Below, piece after piece: positions 19,198-28,942 of a stretch of DNA of 64,000 nt. Below the pieces are notes generated by a model. The model saw nothing but the letters and a program-made list of their open reading frames with translations. It was not told the origin of the DNA and searched no databases. The stretch spans positions 1,248,001 through 1,312,000 of the forward strand of contig OZ253555.1 in NCBI GenBank assembly GCA_965262725.1, written 5' to 3'. A program made the position numbers and the translations under genes. The stretch's first letter is position 1, and each line of letters begins with the position of its first letter. This stretch comes from Dehalococcoidia bacterium. Its GTDB lineage: Bacteria; Chloroflexota; Dehalococcoidia; UBA2979.

Positions 19198-20109
19198 TCA
19201 TCGCAGCACCACCCGGCGCCCGAAGCGCAGGTCGATCTCAGTCACCTCGAGCTGATCGCGCTCGATCCGATCGAGCAGCGCGCCCCACGCCACGACCTTG
19301 AACTCGTAGTCGTTGGAGTCGCCAAGCAGCGCGTTGGGGCCGTCCTCGATCACCACCGTGAGCCCGCGGTCGGGGTCGAAGACGAAGGCGTCCGGACGGA
19401 CGCGCAGGCGCACGAAGGTGCCGTCCGTGAGCAGGCGGTCCACGAGCTGCACGGTGTCGGGGTCGGGGGCGAGTCCGGCGGTAGGCCCGGACGGGGCCGC
19501 GATTTCGAAGATCGTCACGGCTCCCGGATCGGGCGGACGGGCGTGGGTCAGTACTCGGCCGCCCGAGTCGATGACGTTCCGCGTGTCGCCCCGCTGCCAG
19601 TAGCCCCAGCCCTGCTCCTCAATCACTGTGATCGAGAGCCCGTTGGGCCAGTCGCGGCCGACGAGCGCCTCGCGCACGGCCGGGAGCTCCTCGATGCGCC
19701 GCGCAACCTCGGCGTCGTCGAACCAGAGCAGGGAGGCTCCATCGGCGTCGGCGGCAGCGGCGACCGCCAGCGGCTGCGCAACCTCCAGACCGTCGATGCG
19801 GATCTCCTGCACCCGGAAGGTGTCGCCCCCCACGAGGTGCCAGCCGCCGATCCCGGCGCCGGGGAGGATGAGGAGCACCAGCACCGCGAGGGCGAACCGG
19901 CGCCATGTCAACCACGCGAGCCGCGCGCGGGGCGCGCGGCCCTGGGCGGGCGCGGGTGCCCGACCGAGCATGAAGCGCCCGGTCGGCGCGGGGCGATCCC
20001 CCCGCGCGGCGCGCCGCCTCCCCCGGGATGGCCAGCCGCCTAGTGGACCCCGGGCCTCTCGGCGTTTGCGACCGGGCCAGCCGAGCGGGAGATGCGGGCG
20101 TCTAGGCAC
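19198..20109 (-). CDS. ftsQ: Cell division protein FtsQ/DivIB
   Basis: Single TM, POTRA-like FRVQEIRIDG...WPNGLSITVIE, C-terminal IDLRF; lies between ddl and ftsA. Confidence 0.85.
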   Translation of the reverse strand: MPRRPHLPLGWPGRKRREARGPLGGWPSRGRRRAARGDRPAPTGRFMLGRAPAPAQGRAPRARLAWLTWRRFALAVLVLLILPGAGIGGWHLVGGDTFRVQEIRIDGLEVAQPLAVAAAADADGASLLWFDDAEVARRIEELPAVREALVGRDWPNGLSITVIEEQGWGYWQRGDTRNVIDSGGRVLTHARPPDPGAVTIFEIAAPSGPTAGLAPDPDTVQLVDRLLTDGTFVRLRVRPDAFVFDPDRGLTVVIEDGPNALLGDSNDYEFKVVAWGALLDRIERDQLEVTEIDLRFGRRVVLR

Positions 20110-21217
20110 GGGTTCCCCCCTCCTGAGCGCGCCCGTGGCGTTCGAGCGCGAGCTTGACCAGCCGCGTGATCAGCTCCGCGTAGGGGAGACTCGCCTCCAG
20201 CCAGAGCCGGGGGTACATCGAGATCGGCGTGAAGCCGGGGAGCGTGTTCAGTTCGAGCACGTGGATCTGCGGCTCCGCCGTGCTTTCCTCATCGACGAAG
20301 AAGTCGACGCGCGCGAGGCCAGCGCAATCGAGCGCGCGGAAGGCTTGGATCGCGTAGCGCTGGACCAGCCGGGTCGCCTCCTCCGAGACGGCGGCCGGGA
20401 CCACCAGCTCGGCGGAGTCGTCCTCGTACTTGGCCGCGTAGCTGTAGAAGCCGCCCGGTGCCCGGATCTCGCCGAGCGGGGAGGCCTCGGGCTCCGCGTT
20501 GCCGAGCACGGCGCACTCCACCTCGCGCCCGGTGAGCGCCCGCTCGACGAGCACTGTGCGGTCGTGGTGCGCGGCGAGCTCGAGCGCGCCCCTGAGGTCC
20601 CCGGCCGCAGCGACCGGGCTCACGCCGACCGACGATCCTCCGCACGCCGGCTTCACGAAGCAGGGGAAGCCGATCTCCCGCTCGACCCGCTCGCTTGCTG
20701 CGTGCTCGTGGCGCTCGAGGTCGCGCAGCACGAGGTGGCGCGGCTGAGGCAGCCCCGCCGCGCTGAATGACCGGCGCATGAGCGCCTTGTTCATGCCGAG
20801 GGCGCTCGCGGCGACGCCCGAGCCGACGTACGGCAGCTCCGCCAGCTCTAGGAGCCCCTGCAGCGACCCGTCTTCCCCCTGCGCCCCGTGCACGATCGGG
20901 AAGACCACGTCGACGGTGGCGAGCGTGGCGAGCGCCGCAGCCGACCCGAGCAGGCCGGGCTCCGCTTCGTCGCCCAGGCTGCTGTACCCGTGGCCGCTCG
21001 CGAGGCGCTCGCGCGTCGCCTCCTCCGTCAGCCAGCTACCGCCGCGGGTGATCCCCAGGGGCACCGTCTCGAAGCGGCGGCTGTCGCTCTCATTCAGGAT
21101 CGAGCGCGCGGACATGACGGAGACCTCGTGCTCCGCTGAGCGTCCGCCGAAGAGGACTCCGAGCCGCAGCCTCCGGTCGCGGTCGCCGCTGCGGCCGCCC
21201 CCGTGCGGGCGCGTCAC
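20102..21217 (-). CDS. ddl: D-alanine--D-alanine ligase
   Basis: FGGRSAEHEVS, HGAQGEDG, GSSVGVS, FYSYAAKY, ELNTLPGFT. Confidence 0.96.
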   Translation of the reverse strand: MTRPHGGGRSGDRDRRLRLGVLFGGRSAEHEVSVMSARSILNESDSRRFETVPLGITRGGSWLTEEATRERLASGHGYSSLGDEAEPGLLGSAAALATLATVDVVFPIVHGAQGEDGSLQGLLELAELPYVGSGVAASALGMNKALMRRSFSAAGLPQPRHLVLRDLERHEHAASERVEREIGFPCFVKPACGGSSVGVSPVAAAGDLRGALELAAHHDRTVLVERALTGREVECAVLGNAEPEASPLGEIRAPGGFYSYAAKYEDDSAELVVPAAVSEEATRLVQRYAIQAFRALDCAGLARVDFFVDEESTAEPQIHVLELNTLPGFTPISMYPRLWLEASLPYAELITRLVKLALERHGRAQEGGTRA

Positions 21218-22713
21218 GGCGTCGCCCCTCGCGCCAGAAGGCGGGCTCGCACCATCGGCAGCAGGCGGTCGACGGGGCCCGCGCCCAGGGTCATGAAGAC
21301 GTCGCCCGGCTCAAGCTCGGAAACGACGCGGTCGGCGCCTGTATGGAGGTCCTCAAGGTAGGTCGCGGCCGGCCGCTCGATCTCGCGCGCGAGCGCGCGA
21401 CCGTCGAGACCTGCCGACTCGGGCTCGCGCGCCGCGTAGGTCGGGATCACATAGAGCCGCGCGAGGCCCTCGAAGCACCCGCGGAAGCCCTCGAGCAGGT
21501 AGGACGAGCGCGAGAAGGTGTGGGGCTGGAAGCAGCCGACGAGCCGCCGGCCCGGGTACCTCTGACGCGCCGCCGCGAGCGTGGCGCGAACCTCGGTTGG
21601 GTGGTGCGCGTAGTCGTCGAGCAACGTCACGACACCCCGGTCGAGCGCGACCTCTCCGTGCTCCTCGAATCGCCGGTGCACGCCGGTGAACGCCGCGGCC
21701 GCGGCTGCTGCGCGGTGGAAGTCGACGCCGGCGCGCATCGCCGCGGCGAGCGCGCCGAGGGCGTTGAGCACGTTGTGGCGGCCCGGGACGCGCAGCGAGA
21801 GGCGTCCGAGGTCCGTACCGTCCCAGCGCACGACGAAGTCGAGGCCGCCGGCGTCGTTGCGGCGCAACTGCGTGGCGCGCCAGTTGACCTCGGCGCCCGC
21901 CGCGTCGATCCCGTACCTCTCGACGCGCGCGCCCGCGGCCTCGCGGTCCGTTCCGAGCATCGCGGCCCCGGGCTCGTCGGCGCAGACCACGAGCGTGCCG
22001 TCCTCCACCACTCGCGCGGCGAAGCCGGCGAAGGCCTGCCGGAGGCGCCCCTCGGTTCCGTAGTAGTCAAGGTGGTCGGGCTCGACGCTGGTGACGACCG
22101 CGATCCGCGGCGCGTAGCGGAGGAAGGCCCCGGCGTACTCATCGGCCTCCACCACGGCGTGCCTGCCGGAGCCGTCCCGAAGCGCCGTGCCCTGCGCCGG
22201 CGTCTCGACCTTGCCCGGCCGGGCGAGGGCTGCGAGGTCGCGAGATTGACCGCCGAGGAGGACGAGTGGGTCGAGCGCCCCGTGGACCAGCATCAGCGCC
22301 AGCAGGGTGGAGGTCGTCGTCTTCCCGTGGGTTCCGGCGACCGCGAGCAGCTCGTGTTCCGCCACGAAGTGCGACACCATCTCCGCTCGCATCAGCACTC
22401 TGGTCCCCCGCGCGCGCGCGGCCTGCAGCTCGGGGTTGTCCTCCCCGGCGGCGGCCGTCGCCACGACGAGCTCTGCGCTGCCGATCTGTGAGGCGTCGTG
22501 GCCGATGTAGACGGTCGCGCCGAGCACCCGCAGCCGGCGCGTGATCGCGCTCGCGGCGAGGTCGGATCCGCTGACGAGATGCCCACGGGCGAGAAGCAGC
22601 TCGGCGATCGCGGACATGTGGATACCGCCGACGCCCACGAGGTGCACGCGCGCCGGGATTGGTCCGGGGCGCTCGCGCCCGCCGGCGCGTCGCGGGAGCA
22701 GGCGCGCCATCAT
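21214..22713 (-). CDS. murC: UDP-N-acetylmuramate--L-alanine ligase
   Basis: GVGGIHMSAIA, AGTHGKTTTS, EADEY, DHLDYY, DDYAHHPTEV, FQPHTFSR. Confidence 0.96.
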   Translation of the reverse strand: MMARLLPRRAGGRERPGPIPARVHLVGVGGIHMSAIAELLLARGHLVSGSDLAASAITRRLRVLGATVYIGHDASQIGSAELVVATAAAGEDNPELQAARARGTRVLMRAEMVSHFVAEHELLAVAGTHGKTTTSTLLALMLVHGALDPLVLLGGQSRDLAALARPGKVETPAQGTALRDGSGRHAVVEADEYAGAFLRYAPRIAVVTSVEPDHLDYYGTEGRLRQAFAGFAARVVEDGTLVVCADEPGAAMLGTDREAAGARVERYGIDAAGAEVNWRATQLRRNDAGGLDFVVRWDGTDLGRLSLRVPGRHNVLNALGALAAAMRAGVDFHRAAAAAAAFTGVHRRFEEHGEVALDRGVVTLLDDYAHHPTEVRATLAAARQRYPGRRLVGCFQPHTFSRSSYLLEGFRGCFEGLARLYVIPTYAAREPESAGLDGRALAREIERPAATYLEDLHTGADRVVSELEPGDVFMTLGAGPVDRLLPMVRARLLARGATP

Positions 22714-23783
22714 GCCGCCGCCTCGCGCACCAGCGCCGCGAGGCGGGCCGCGGCGTCGGGGCGCGCCAGGCCGCGCATCGCCTCTGCCATCGGCGCGAGC
22801 TTGTCCGGGTCGCGCAGCAGCAGAGTGACGAGGTCGGGGAGGGCGTCGATGTCGCCCTCGGGGAGCACGCGGGCCGCACCCCGCTCGATCAGGAAGGCGG
22901 CGTTGTGGTCTTGGTCGGAGAAGCGCCCGGGCACGACGACTGCGGGGAGTCCCATCGCCGGCAGCTCTCCGAGGATCGAGGCTCCGCCCCGGGTCACCGC
23001 GAGGTCGGCGGCCGCCATTGCCCACGCCATCTCGTCGGTGTAGGCGTGCAGGTGGTAGCGCTCGCGCTGCCACTGCGGGAGGCGTTCGCGCTCCCGGGCC
23101 AGCCATGGCTGCTCGGCCGGCCCGGCGATGTGCACGACCTGGGCGTGCGTCAGGAGATCCCGGAGCGCAGCAGCGATCACGGCGTTGAGGTGGTGGGAGC
23201 CGAGCGAGCCGCCCGCGACGAGTAGTGTCGCGATGCCGGGCGCGAGGCCGAAGCGGCGAATCCCCTCCTCCCTGGTCGCCATCGCGAACTGGCGCCTGAC
23301 GGGGTAGCCCGTCACGACCCGCGACTGGGCGTGGAGCGAGCCGAGCGAGCCCTCCACGCTGCACGCGACGGTGGCGGCGTAGCGCTCGAGGAACCGCACG
23401 GCCCATCCGGGCTTCACGTCCGGGAGGAAGACGACGAGGGGGATGCCGTTCCGGTGCGCCGCGCGCCCGATCGGGGCGGCCGCGTAGCCGCCGGTCGCGA
23501 AGACGGCGCTCGGCCGATCGCGCCTGAGGTGGCGTCCGGCCTCCCGGCTGCCGCGCACCAGATTCCATGCGCCGTGCAGGATTCTCACCGGGGAGCCGCG
23601 AAACTGCGACGCAGGCACCCTCCGGAAGGGGATGTCGCTCTGCCCGGCGATGGCGCGCTCCGGCCCGTGTGCCGTGCCGTAGTAGACGAGCTCCGTTCCA
23701 GAGTCGCCGCGCAGCGCCTCGCCCACCGCGATCGCGGGGTAGGCGTGGCCGCCGGTCCCGCCGCCCGCGAGGACGAACCTCAC
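22710..23783 (-). CDS. murG: Lipid II GlcNAc transferase
   Basis: AGGGTGGHAYP, TGGYAA, GGSLGS, TRGGAS, DQDHNA. Confidence 0.95.
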   Translation of the reverse strand: MRFVLAGGGTGGHAYPAIAVGEALRGDSGTELVYYGTAHGPERAIAGQSDIPFRRVPASQFRGSPVRILHGAWNLVRGSREAGRHLRRDRPSAVFATGGYAAAPIGRAAHRNGIPLVVFLPDVKPGWAVRFLERYAATVACSVEGSLGSLHAQSRVVTGYPVRRQFAMATREEGIRRFGLAPGIATLLVAGGSLGSHHLNAVIAAALRDLLTHAQVVHIAGPAEQPWLARERERLPQWQRERYHLHAYTDEMAWAMAAADLAVTRGGASILGELPAMGLPAVVVPGRFSDQDHNAAFLIERGAARVLPEGDIDALPDLVTLLLRDPDKLAPMAEAMRGLARPDAAARLAALVREAAA

Positions 23784-25075
23784 CTCGCACCGTCCCCGAG
23801 CATGGCGCGCGTCGGGGCATTCGCGCGGGAGTGCAGCGCGGCACCCCGGGCCGCTGCCGCCTCCGCCGCCACCGGCGGGTTCGCCAGTGCCGCGCGGCGC
23901 GAGATCGAGAGCAGAAGCCCGACGGCGACCAGGGTGACGGTGAGCGAGGATCCTCCGGACGAAAGGAAGGGGAAGGGGATCCCGGTCAACGGGATCAGCC
24001 GCGTGACGCCGCCGGCGTTGATCAGCGACTGGAAGCCGATCCACGCCACGATTCCCGTTGCGAGCAAGGAGCCGAACGGATCGCTGGCGCGCCGCGCGAT
24101 CAGAAGCCCACGCCACAGCAGCATCGCGACGAGCGCGACCACGACCAGGACGCCGACCAGTCCCAGCTCCTCGCCGACGATCGCGAGCACGCCGTCGGTG
24201 TGCGAGCCGGGGACGAAGAAGAACTTCTGGCGCGAGGCGCCGAGCCCCAGCCCCGAGATCCCGCCGGAGCCGAAGGCGACGAGGAGTTGCAGCGTCTGGA
24301 AGCCGACGCCCTCGGGGTCGGCCTCCGCGGAGGTGAAGGAGAGGATGCGATCCATGCGGTAGCCGCCGGTCGTGATCAGCAGGAGCGCCGTCAGGAGCCC
24401 GCTCGCGCCGAGCACCAGCACATGCCACAGTCGCGCGCCCGCCACGAAGAAGAGCGAGCCGGTGATGATCGCGATGACGAGGGCGGTGCCGAGATCGGGC
24501 TCGAGCATCACGAGCGCGCCGACGATGCCCACCATCCCGACGAAGGGAACCACCCCCAGCGAGATCGAGCGCACGGCCTCGCCCTTGGTCGCGAGCCAGG
24601 CGGCCAGGTAGATGGTCACGGCGAGCTTCGCGAACTCGCTCGGCTGGATCGACGGCAGCGATCCGATCTGCACCCAGCGCTGTGCGCCGTTCTGCTCGAC
24701 GCCGAGGCCGGGCACGAGGACAGCGCCGAGGCCGGCGAGAGCCGCGAGCATCACGAGCGGCGAGAGGCGCAGCAGGACCCGGTAGTCCAGCTGCATCGCC
24801 GCGAGCATCCCCAGCAGGCCGAGCGCAGCCCAGGCAGCCTGGCGCTTCGCGAAGTAGTGCGCGTCGCCGAACTGCAGGAAACCGAGTGCGAACGACGAGG
24901 AGTAGACCGCGATCAGCCCGATGATCACGAGCATCGCGACTGCGGTGAGGAGCGGGTAGTCGGGGGCGTGAGGAGCCGGTCGGTCGCGCGCGTCTGCGGG
25001 AGCCTGCGCCGCGCCGGCGGCCGCCGGGCGCCGGCCGCCGGGCCGCCCCGGCGACTGCAGTACGCGGGCGCTCAT
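23780..25075 (-). CDS. ftsW: SEDS peptidoglycan polymerase FtsW
   Basis: NGAQRW, IQPSEFAK, EPDLGT, GLGLGASRQK, PLTGIPFPFLSSGGSS. Confidence 0.95.
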   Translation of the reverse strand: MSARVLQSPGRPGGRRPAAAGAAQAPADARDRPAPHAPDYPLLTAVAMLVIIGLIAVYSSSFALGFLQFGDAHYFAKRQAAWAALGLLGMLAAMQLDYRVLLRLSPLVMLAALAGLGAVLVPGLGVEQNGAQRWVQIGSLPSIQPSEFAKLAVTIYLAAWLATKGEAVRSISLGVVPFVGMVGIVGALVMLEPDLGTALVIAIITGSLFFVAGARLWHVLVLGASGLLTALLLITTGGYRMDRILSFTSAEADPEGVGFQTLQLLVAFGSGGISGLGLGASRQKFFFVPGSHTDGVLAIVGEELGLVGVLVVVALVAMLLWRGLLIARRASDPFGSLLATGIVAWIGFQSLINAGGVTRLIPLTGIPFPFLSSGGSSLTVTLVAVGLLLSISRRAALANPPVAAEAAAARGAALHSRANAPTRAMLGDGAR

Positions 25076-26514
25076 CGTGTCCACCGCCGCCGTGCGCGAT
25101 TGGCGTCGGACGGCACGAACCCGCGGAGCCCGGACACCGCGTCGCGGAAGGCGCGTCCACGCTCCTCGAAGCTCACGTAGGAGTCGAACGAGGTTGCGGC
25201 CGGGGACAGGAGCACGACATCGCCGGGCCGCGCGAGGCGCGCCGCCGCTTCCACCGCCTCGGGGACGCCGTCCGTCAGCTCGATCGCGGGCCCGCCCGGA
25301 GGGGAGGCGGCGGCGACCGCTCGCGCGAAGAGATCGGCTGACTCGCCGAAGGTGACGACGGCGCGGCAACGCGCGACGGCCTCGGCGGCGAGGTCGGCGG
25401 TCGGCAAGTGCTTGTCGCGCCCGCCGAGCAGGAGCACGAGCGGCTCATCGTAGGCCCGTAGGGCGGCGCGGGCGCGCTCCGGCGTCGTCGCGATCGAGTC
25501 GTTGACGTACCGGACCCGGTCCGCGCTCCCGACCTCCTCGAGGCGATGCGGGATCCCCTCGAAGGACCGGGCCGCCGCGGCGCACGCCGACTCGCTCGCG
25601 CCGAGGTGCGAGGCGATGGCGATCGCCGAGAGGACGTTCGCGACGTTGTGCTCGCCCCGCAGCCGGATGTCGGCGCGCGGCAGCACCGCGTGGTCGGCGC
25701 CGCCCGTGCGCCTGGTGACGACGGGGCCGCCCGTGCGGCCCGGGTCTGCGTCCAAGAAGACCCCGTCGGCAGGGATATCCGCGGACATCGAGGTGCGCTC
25801 TACCCGGCCAGGTGCGTCGTCCGCAAAGCCCGCGCAGACTTCGTCGTCGTGGTTCAGGATCACGGTGTCGCCGGCCCGCTGGAACTCGAAGATTCGCCGC
25901 TTCAGCGCGACGTAGTCGGACCACGAGTAGCGGTCGAGGTGGTTGGGCGTGACGTTGGTGACGCAGGCGAGCGCCGGGCTCGCCTCGACGCTCGCGAGTT
26001 GCGTGTGCGAGAGCTCGACGAGGACGCGGGTGGTGGGCTCGATGCGCGGCAGGAGGCCGAGCAGCCCGATGCCGATGTTACCGCCGATCACGTGCTCGAC
26101 GCCGGCCGCCTCGAGCATGGCGCCGGCGAGCGCCGTCGTCGTGCTCTTCCCCGAGGAGCCGGTGATGCCGGCGACGGGCGCGGGGCACCGCTCCACAAAG
26201 AGCGCGGTCATCGATGAGATGGGGATCCCCGCCCGTCGCGCCGCCAGCAGCGCCGGGATCTCGGGCGGGACCCCCTGCGAGGCAAACACGAACTCTGCGT
26301 CAAGCAGGGCGTCCTCCCCCTGCTCGCCCAGGACCGCGCGCGCGCTCGCGTCCTCGATTGCGGCGAGTCGCTCCCCCAGCGCGGCGGCCGGCCGCGCGTC
26401 GGAGATGGTGACCACAGCACCCTCGGCCGCGAGGTAGCGGATCAAGTCGATTCCCTCGATCCCCAACCCGACCACGGTCACTCGAAGACCGCGGAAATTC
26501 TGCGGAAGCGTCAT
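25072..26514 (-). CDS. murD: UDP-N-acetylmuramoyl-L-alanine--D-glutamate ligase
   Basis: GITGSSGKSTTT, GGNIG, NHLDRY, HRLE, NDSIAT, LSPAATSFD. Confidence 0.95.
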   Translation of the reverse strand: MTLPQNFRGLRVTVVGLGIEGIDLIRYLAAEGAVVTISDARPAAALGERLAAIEDASARAVLGEQGEDALLDAEFVFASQGVPPEIPALLAARRAGIPISSMTALFVERCPAPVAGITGSSGKSTTTALAGAMLEAAGVEHVIGGNIGIGLLGLLPRIEPTTRVLVELSHTQLASVEASPALACVTNVTPNHLDRYSWSDYVALKRRIFEFQRAGDTVILNHDDEVCAGFADDAPGRVERTSMSADIPADGVFLDADPGRTGGPVVTRRTGGADHAVLPRADIRLRGEHNVANVLSAIAIASHLGASESACAAAARSFEGIPHRLEEVGSADRVRYVNDSIATTPERARAALRAYDEPLVLLLGGRDKHLPTADLAAEAVARCRAVVTFGESADLFARAVAAASPPGGPAIELTDGVPEAVEAAARLARPGDVVLLSPAATSFDSYVSFEERGRAFRDAVSGLRGFVPSDANRARRRWTR

Positions 26515-26545
26515 CGCACCTTAGCCAATTTTAACCGCACTTCAC
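26515..26545 (-). promoter_or_regulatory. Possible internal promoter and RBS for murD
   Basis: AT-rich island in very GC-rich DNA. Minus-strand TAAAAT (26528-26533) is followed by TAAGGTG and the murD ATG. Confidence 0.45.
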
Positions 26546-26546
26546 T

Positions 26547-27539
26547 TCACACCGAAAGGGCCAACGCGACGCCGACCATCGCCCCCGAAACGGCGATCAG
26601 CCACAGGCGCATGACGACCTGAGGCTCGCTCCATCCGATCAACTCGAAATGGTGGTGCAGGGGCGTCATCCGGAAGAGCCTGAGCCCGCCGGTCGCCTGG
26701 AAGTAGGCGATCTGCATCAGAGCCGAGCCCGCCTCCGCCACGAAGACGACACCGATGACAGGCAGGAGGAGCCAGTGTCCCGTCATCAGCGCCACCGTCG
26801 CGAGCGTGGCGCCGAGCGGGAGCGCTCCCGTGTCTCCCATGAAGAGGCTCGCGGGGTGCGAGTTGTACCAGAGGAACCCGAGCAGGGCGCCGACCACCGT
26901 GAACGAGAAGGTGGCGAGAAAGTCCTGTCCCTGCACGAAGGCGATTACCGCGTAGGCGGCGAAGGCGACCGCCGCCGTTCCGCCCAGCAATCCGTCGAGT
27001 CCGTCGGTGATGGCGACGGCGCTCGTCGTGCCCACGACGGTGGCCATCGCGATCGGAATGTAGATGAGCCCGAGCTCGTACTGCCCGACCCACGGCACGT
27101 TGATGCTGCGCGCCTCGAACCCGTGGTAGAGCACGAGCGCCACGCCGAGGGAGAGCACCACCAGGAAGCCCAGCTTGAGGCGCCACGGGAGTCCCCGCTG
27201 CGTGCGCCCGATGAGGGTTCCGGCGTCGTCCAGCGCCCCCACCAGCATCGCCGAGATCAGGACCACCACCGGAAGCAGGATCGAGCGCCGCGCTCCCCCT
27301 TCGCCGAAGAGCGAGGGGATTGCGTCGGTGAGGTTGGTCGGCACCGTGATCATGGCGACGGTGCCGAAGATCAAGAGTCCGCCCATCGTCGGAGTGCCCG
27401 CCTTGGCGGCGTGCGTCGACGGCCCCTCCGCCGAGATCGACTTCCCCAGGCGCTGCCAGCGCAGGAACCGGACGACGTGCCCTCCTCCGAGGAGGGCGAG
27501 CAGGAAGGACGAGCCCCCGACCAGCAGCGAATAGATCAC
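26547..27539 (-). CDS. mraY: Phospho-N-acetylmuramoyl-pentapeptide transferase
   Basis: KAGTPTMGG, TDGLDGL, FMGDTG, MTPLHHHFE. Confidence 0.96.
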   Translation of the reverse strand: MIYSLLVGGSSFLLALLGGGHVVRFLRWQRLGKSISAEGPSTHAAKAGTPTMGGLLIFGTVAMITVPTNLTDAIPSLFGEGGARRSILLPVVVLISAMLVGALDDAGTLIGRTQRGLPWRLKLGFLVVLSLGVALVLYHGFEARSINVPWVGQYELGLIYIPIAMATVVGTTSAVAITDGLDGLLGGTAAVAFAAYAVIAFVQGQDFLATFSFTVVGALLGFLWYNSHPASLFMGDTGALPLGATLATVALMTGHWLLLPVIGVVFVAEAGSALMQIAYFQATGGLRLFRMTPLHHHFELIGWSEPQVVMRLWLIAVSGAMVGVALALSV

Positions 27540-28942
27540 CGGGCCCTCCTCGATAGGGCATCGACCACGCGCTCGAGCGCCATGGCGCGGGATCCCTTGA
27601 CGAGCAGCACGTCGCTGGCCCGTAGCTCGCGCGCGAGCTCGTCGGCAGCCTCGTCCGCGGAGCTCACGTGGCGAACGGCGTCGGGCGCGGCGCCGGCCTC
27701 GATCGCCGCCTCGGAAATCGCGCGACCGAGGTCGCCGATTGTGTAGAGCACGTCGACCACGGCGCCGGCGCGGCGACCCACGTCGCGGTGCAACGCCACC
27801 GAGAGCTCGCCGAGTTCTCGCATGTCCCCGAGCAGCGCAAGCCTCCGGCCCGGCAGCTCGGCGAGCAGCTCCAGCGCGGCCAGCGTCGCGGCGGGGCCCG
27901 CGCTGTAGGTGTCGTCCATGAGGGTCACGCGTCCGGGGAGCTCCCGCATGACCAGCCGCGGCCCCGGCGCGAGACGCTCCAGCGCACATGTCACCTCGTC
28001 CAGCGTCAGCCCCTCGGCGAGCCCGACGCACGCCGCCGCCAGCACGTTCGGGACGAGGTGGGCGCCCGGGGTCGGGATGTGCACGCGCCTCGAGCCCGCG
28101 GGCGCGAGGCCGGAGGTCAGGAGCGTGAACGCGAAGCCGCTGGCGCCGCGGCTCTCGACATCGTCGGCGCGCACGTCGGCCGCCTCCGCGCGGCCGACGT
28201 GCCAGACGCGGGCGGGCGTGTGCTCGGCCATCGCGCCCACCCGCGGGTCGTCGATGTTGAGAACGGCATTGCCGTCGGCCGGCAGGGCCTCCACCAGCTC
28301 GCGCTTGGCGCGAGCGATGCGCTCCATGGAGCCGGCGCTCTCGAGGTGCACCGGCCCGACATTCAGCACCACGCCGGTGCGCGGCCGCGCCCACCTCGCG
28401 AGGTCGGCGATCTCGCCGGTCGTGTACATCCCCATCTCGACGACGGCTCGCTCCACCTCGGGCTCGAGCGAGAGCAGGCAGAGCGGGACGCCGATCTCGT
28501 TGTTGTAGTTGTTCTCCGTCGCGTGGACGCGGTAGCGCGCACGCAGCACGCCCGCTGCCATCAGCTTCGTCGTCGTCTTCCCGACGTTGCCGGTGATGCC
28601 AACCACGACCGTCTCGGGAAGCGCGGCGCGCCAGGCCGCGGCGAGGCGTTGGAGCGCGGCGAGCGGGTCCGCCACGAAGAAGCGGGTCGCCTCGTCGATT
28701 CCCTCGACGGGCCTCGCGAGGAGGGCGCCCGCGGCACCGGAGCGTACCGCCTCCGACGCGAAGTCGTGCCCGTCGTGGCGCTCGCCAAGAAGCGCCACGA
28801 AGAGGTCACCCGGACCGGCCTCGCGCGAGTCGACCACGGCGCGGCGGAAGCGCCGCTCCGGATCTCCCGCCCGACCTCTGAGCGTCTCGCCGAGCGCGGC
28901 GGCGACGAACGCCGCGTCGAGAGCGGGCCGAGCCGGCGTCAC
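27536..28942 (-). CDS. murF: UDP-MurNAc-tripeptide--D-Ala-D-Ala ligase
   Basis: DSRE, DGHDF, GITGNVGKTTTK, NNEIGVP, EMGM, LGDMRELG, VKGSR. Confidence 0.95.
   Translation of the reverse strand: MTPARPALDAAFVAAALGETLRGRAGDPERRFRRAVVDSREAGPGDLFVALLGERHDGHDFASEAVRSGAAGALLARPVEGIDEATRFFVADPLAALQRLAAAWRAALPETVVVGITGNVGKTTTKLMAAGVLRARYRVHATENNYNNEIGVPLCLLSLEPEVERAVVEMGMYTTGEIADLARWARPRTGVVLNVGPVHLESAGSMERIARAKRELVEALPADGNAVLNIDDPRVGAMAEHTPARVWHVGRAEAADVRADDVESRGASGFAFTLLTSGLAPAGSRRVHIPTPGAHLVPNVLAAACVGLAEGLTLDEVTCALERLAPGPRLVMRELPGRVTLMDDTYSAGPAATLAALELLAELPGRRLALLGDMRELGELSVALHRDVGRRAGAVVDVLYTIGDLGRAISEAAIEAGAAPDAVRHVSSADEAADELARELRASDVLLVKGSRAMALERVVDALSRRAR

Noticed and set aside
20102-21217. 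D-Ala-D-Lac (vancomycin-resistance-type) ligase
   Set aside because: The omega loop is FYSYAAKY with Tyr, typical of D-Ala-D-Ala ligases, and there are no van genes nearby.
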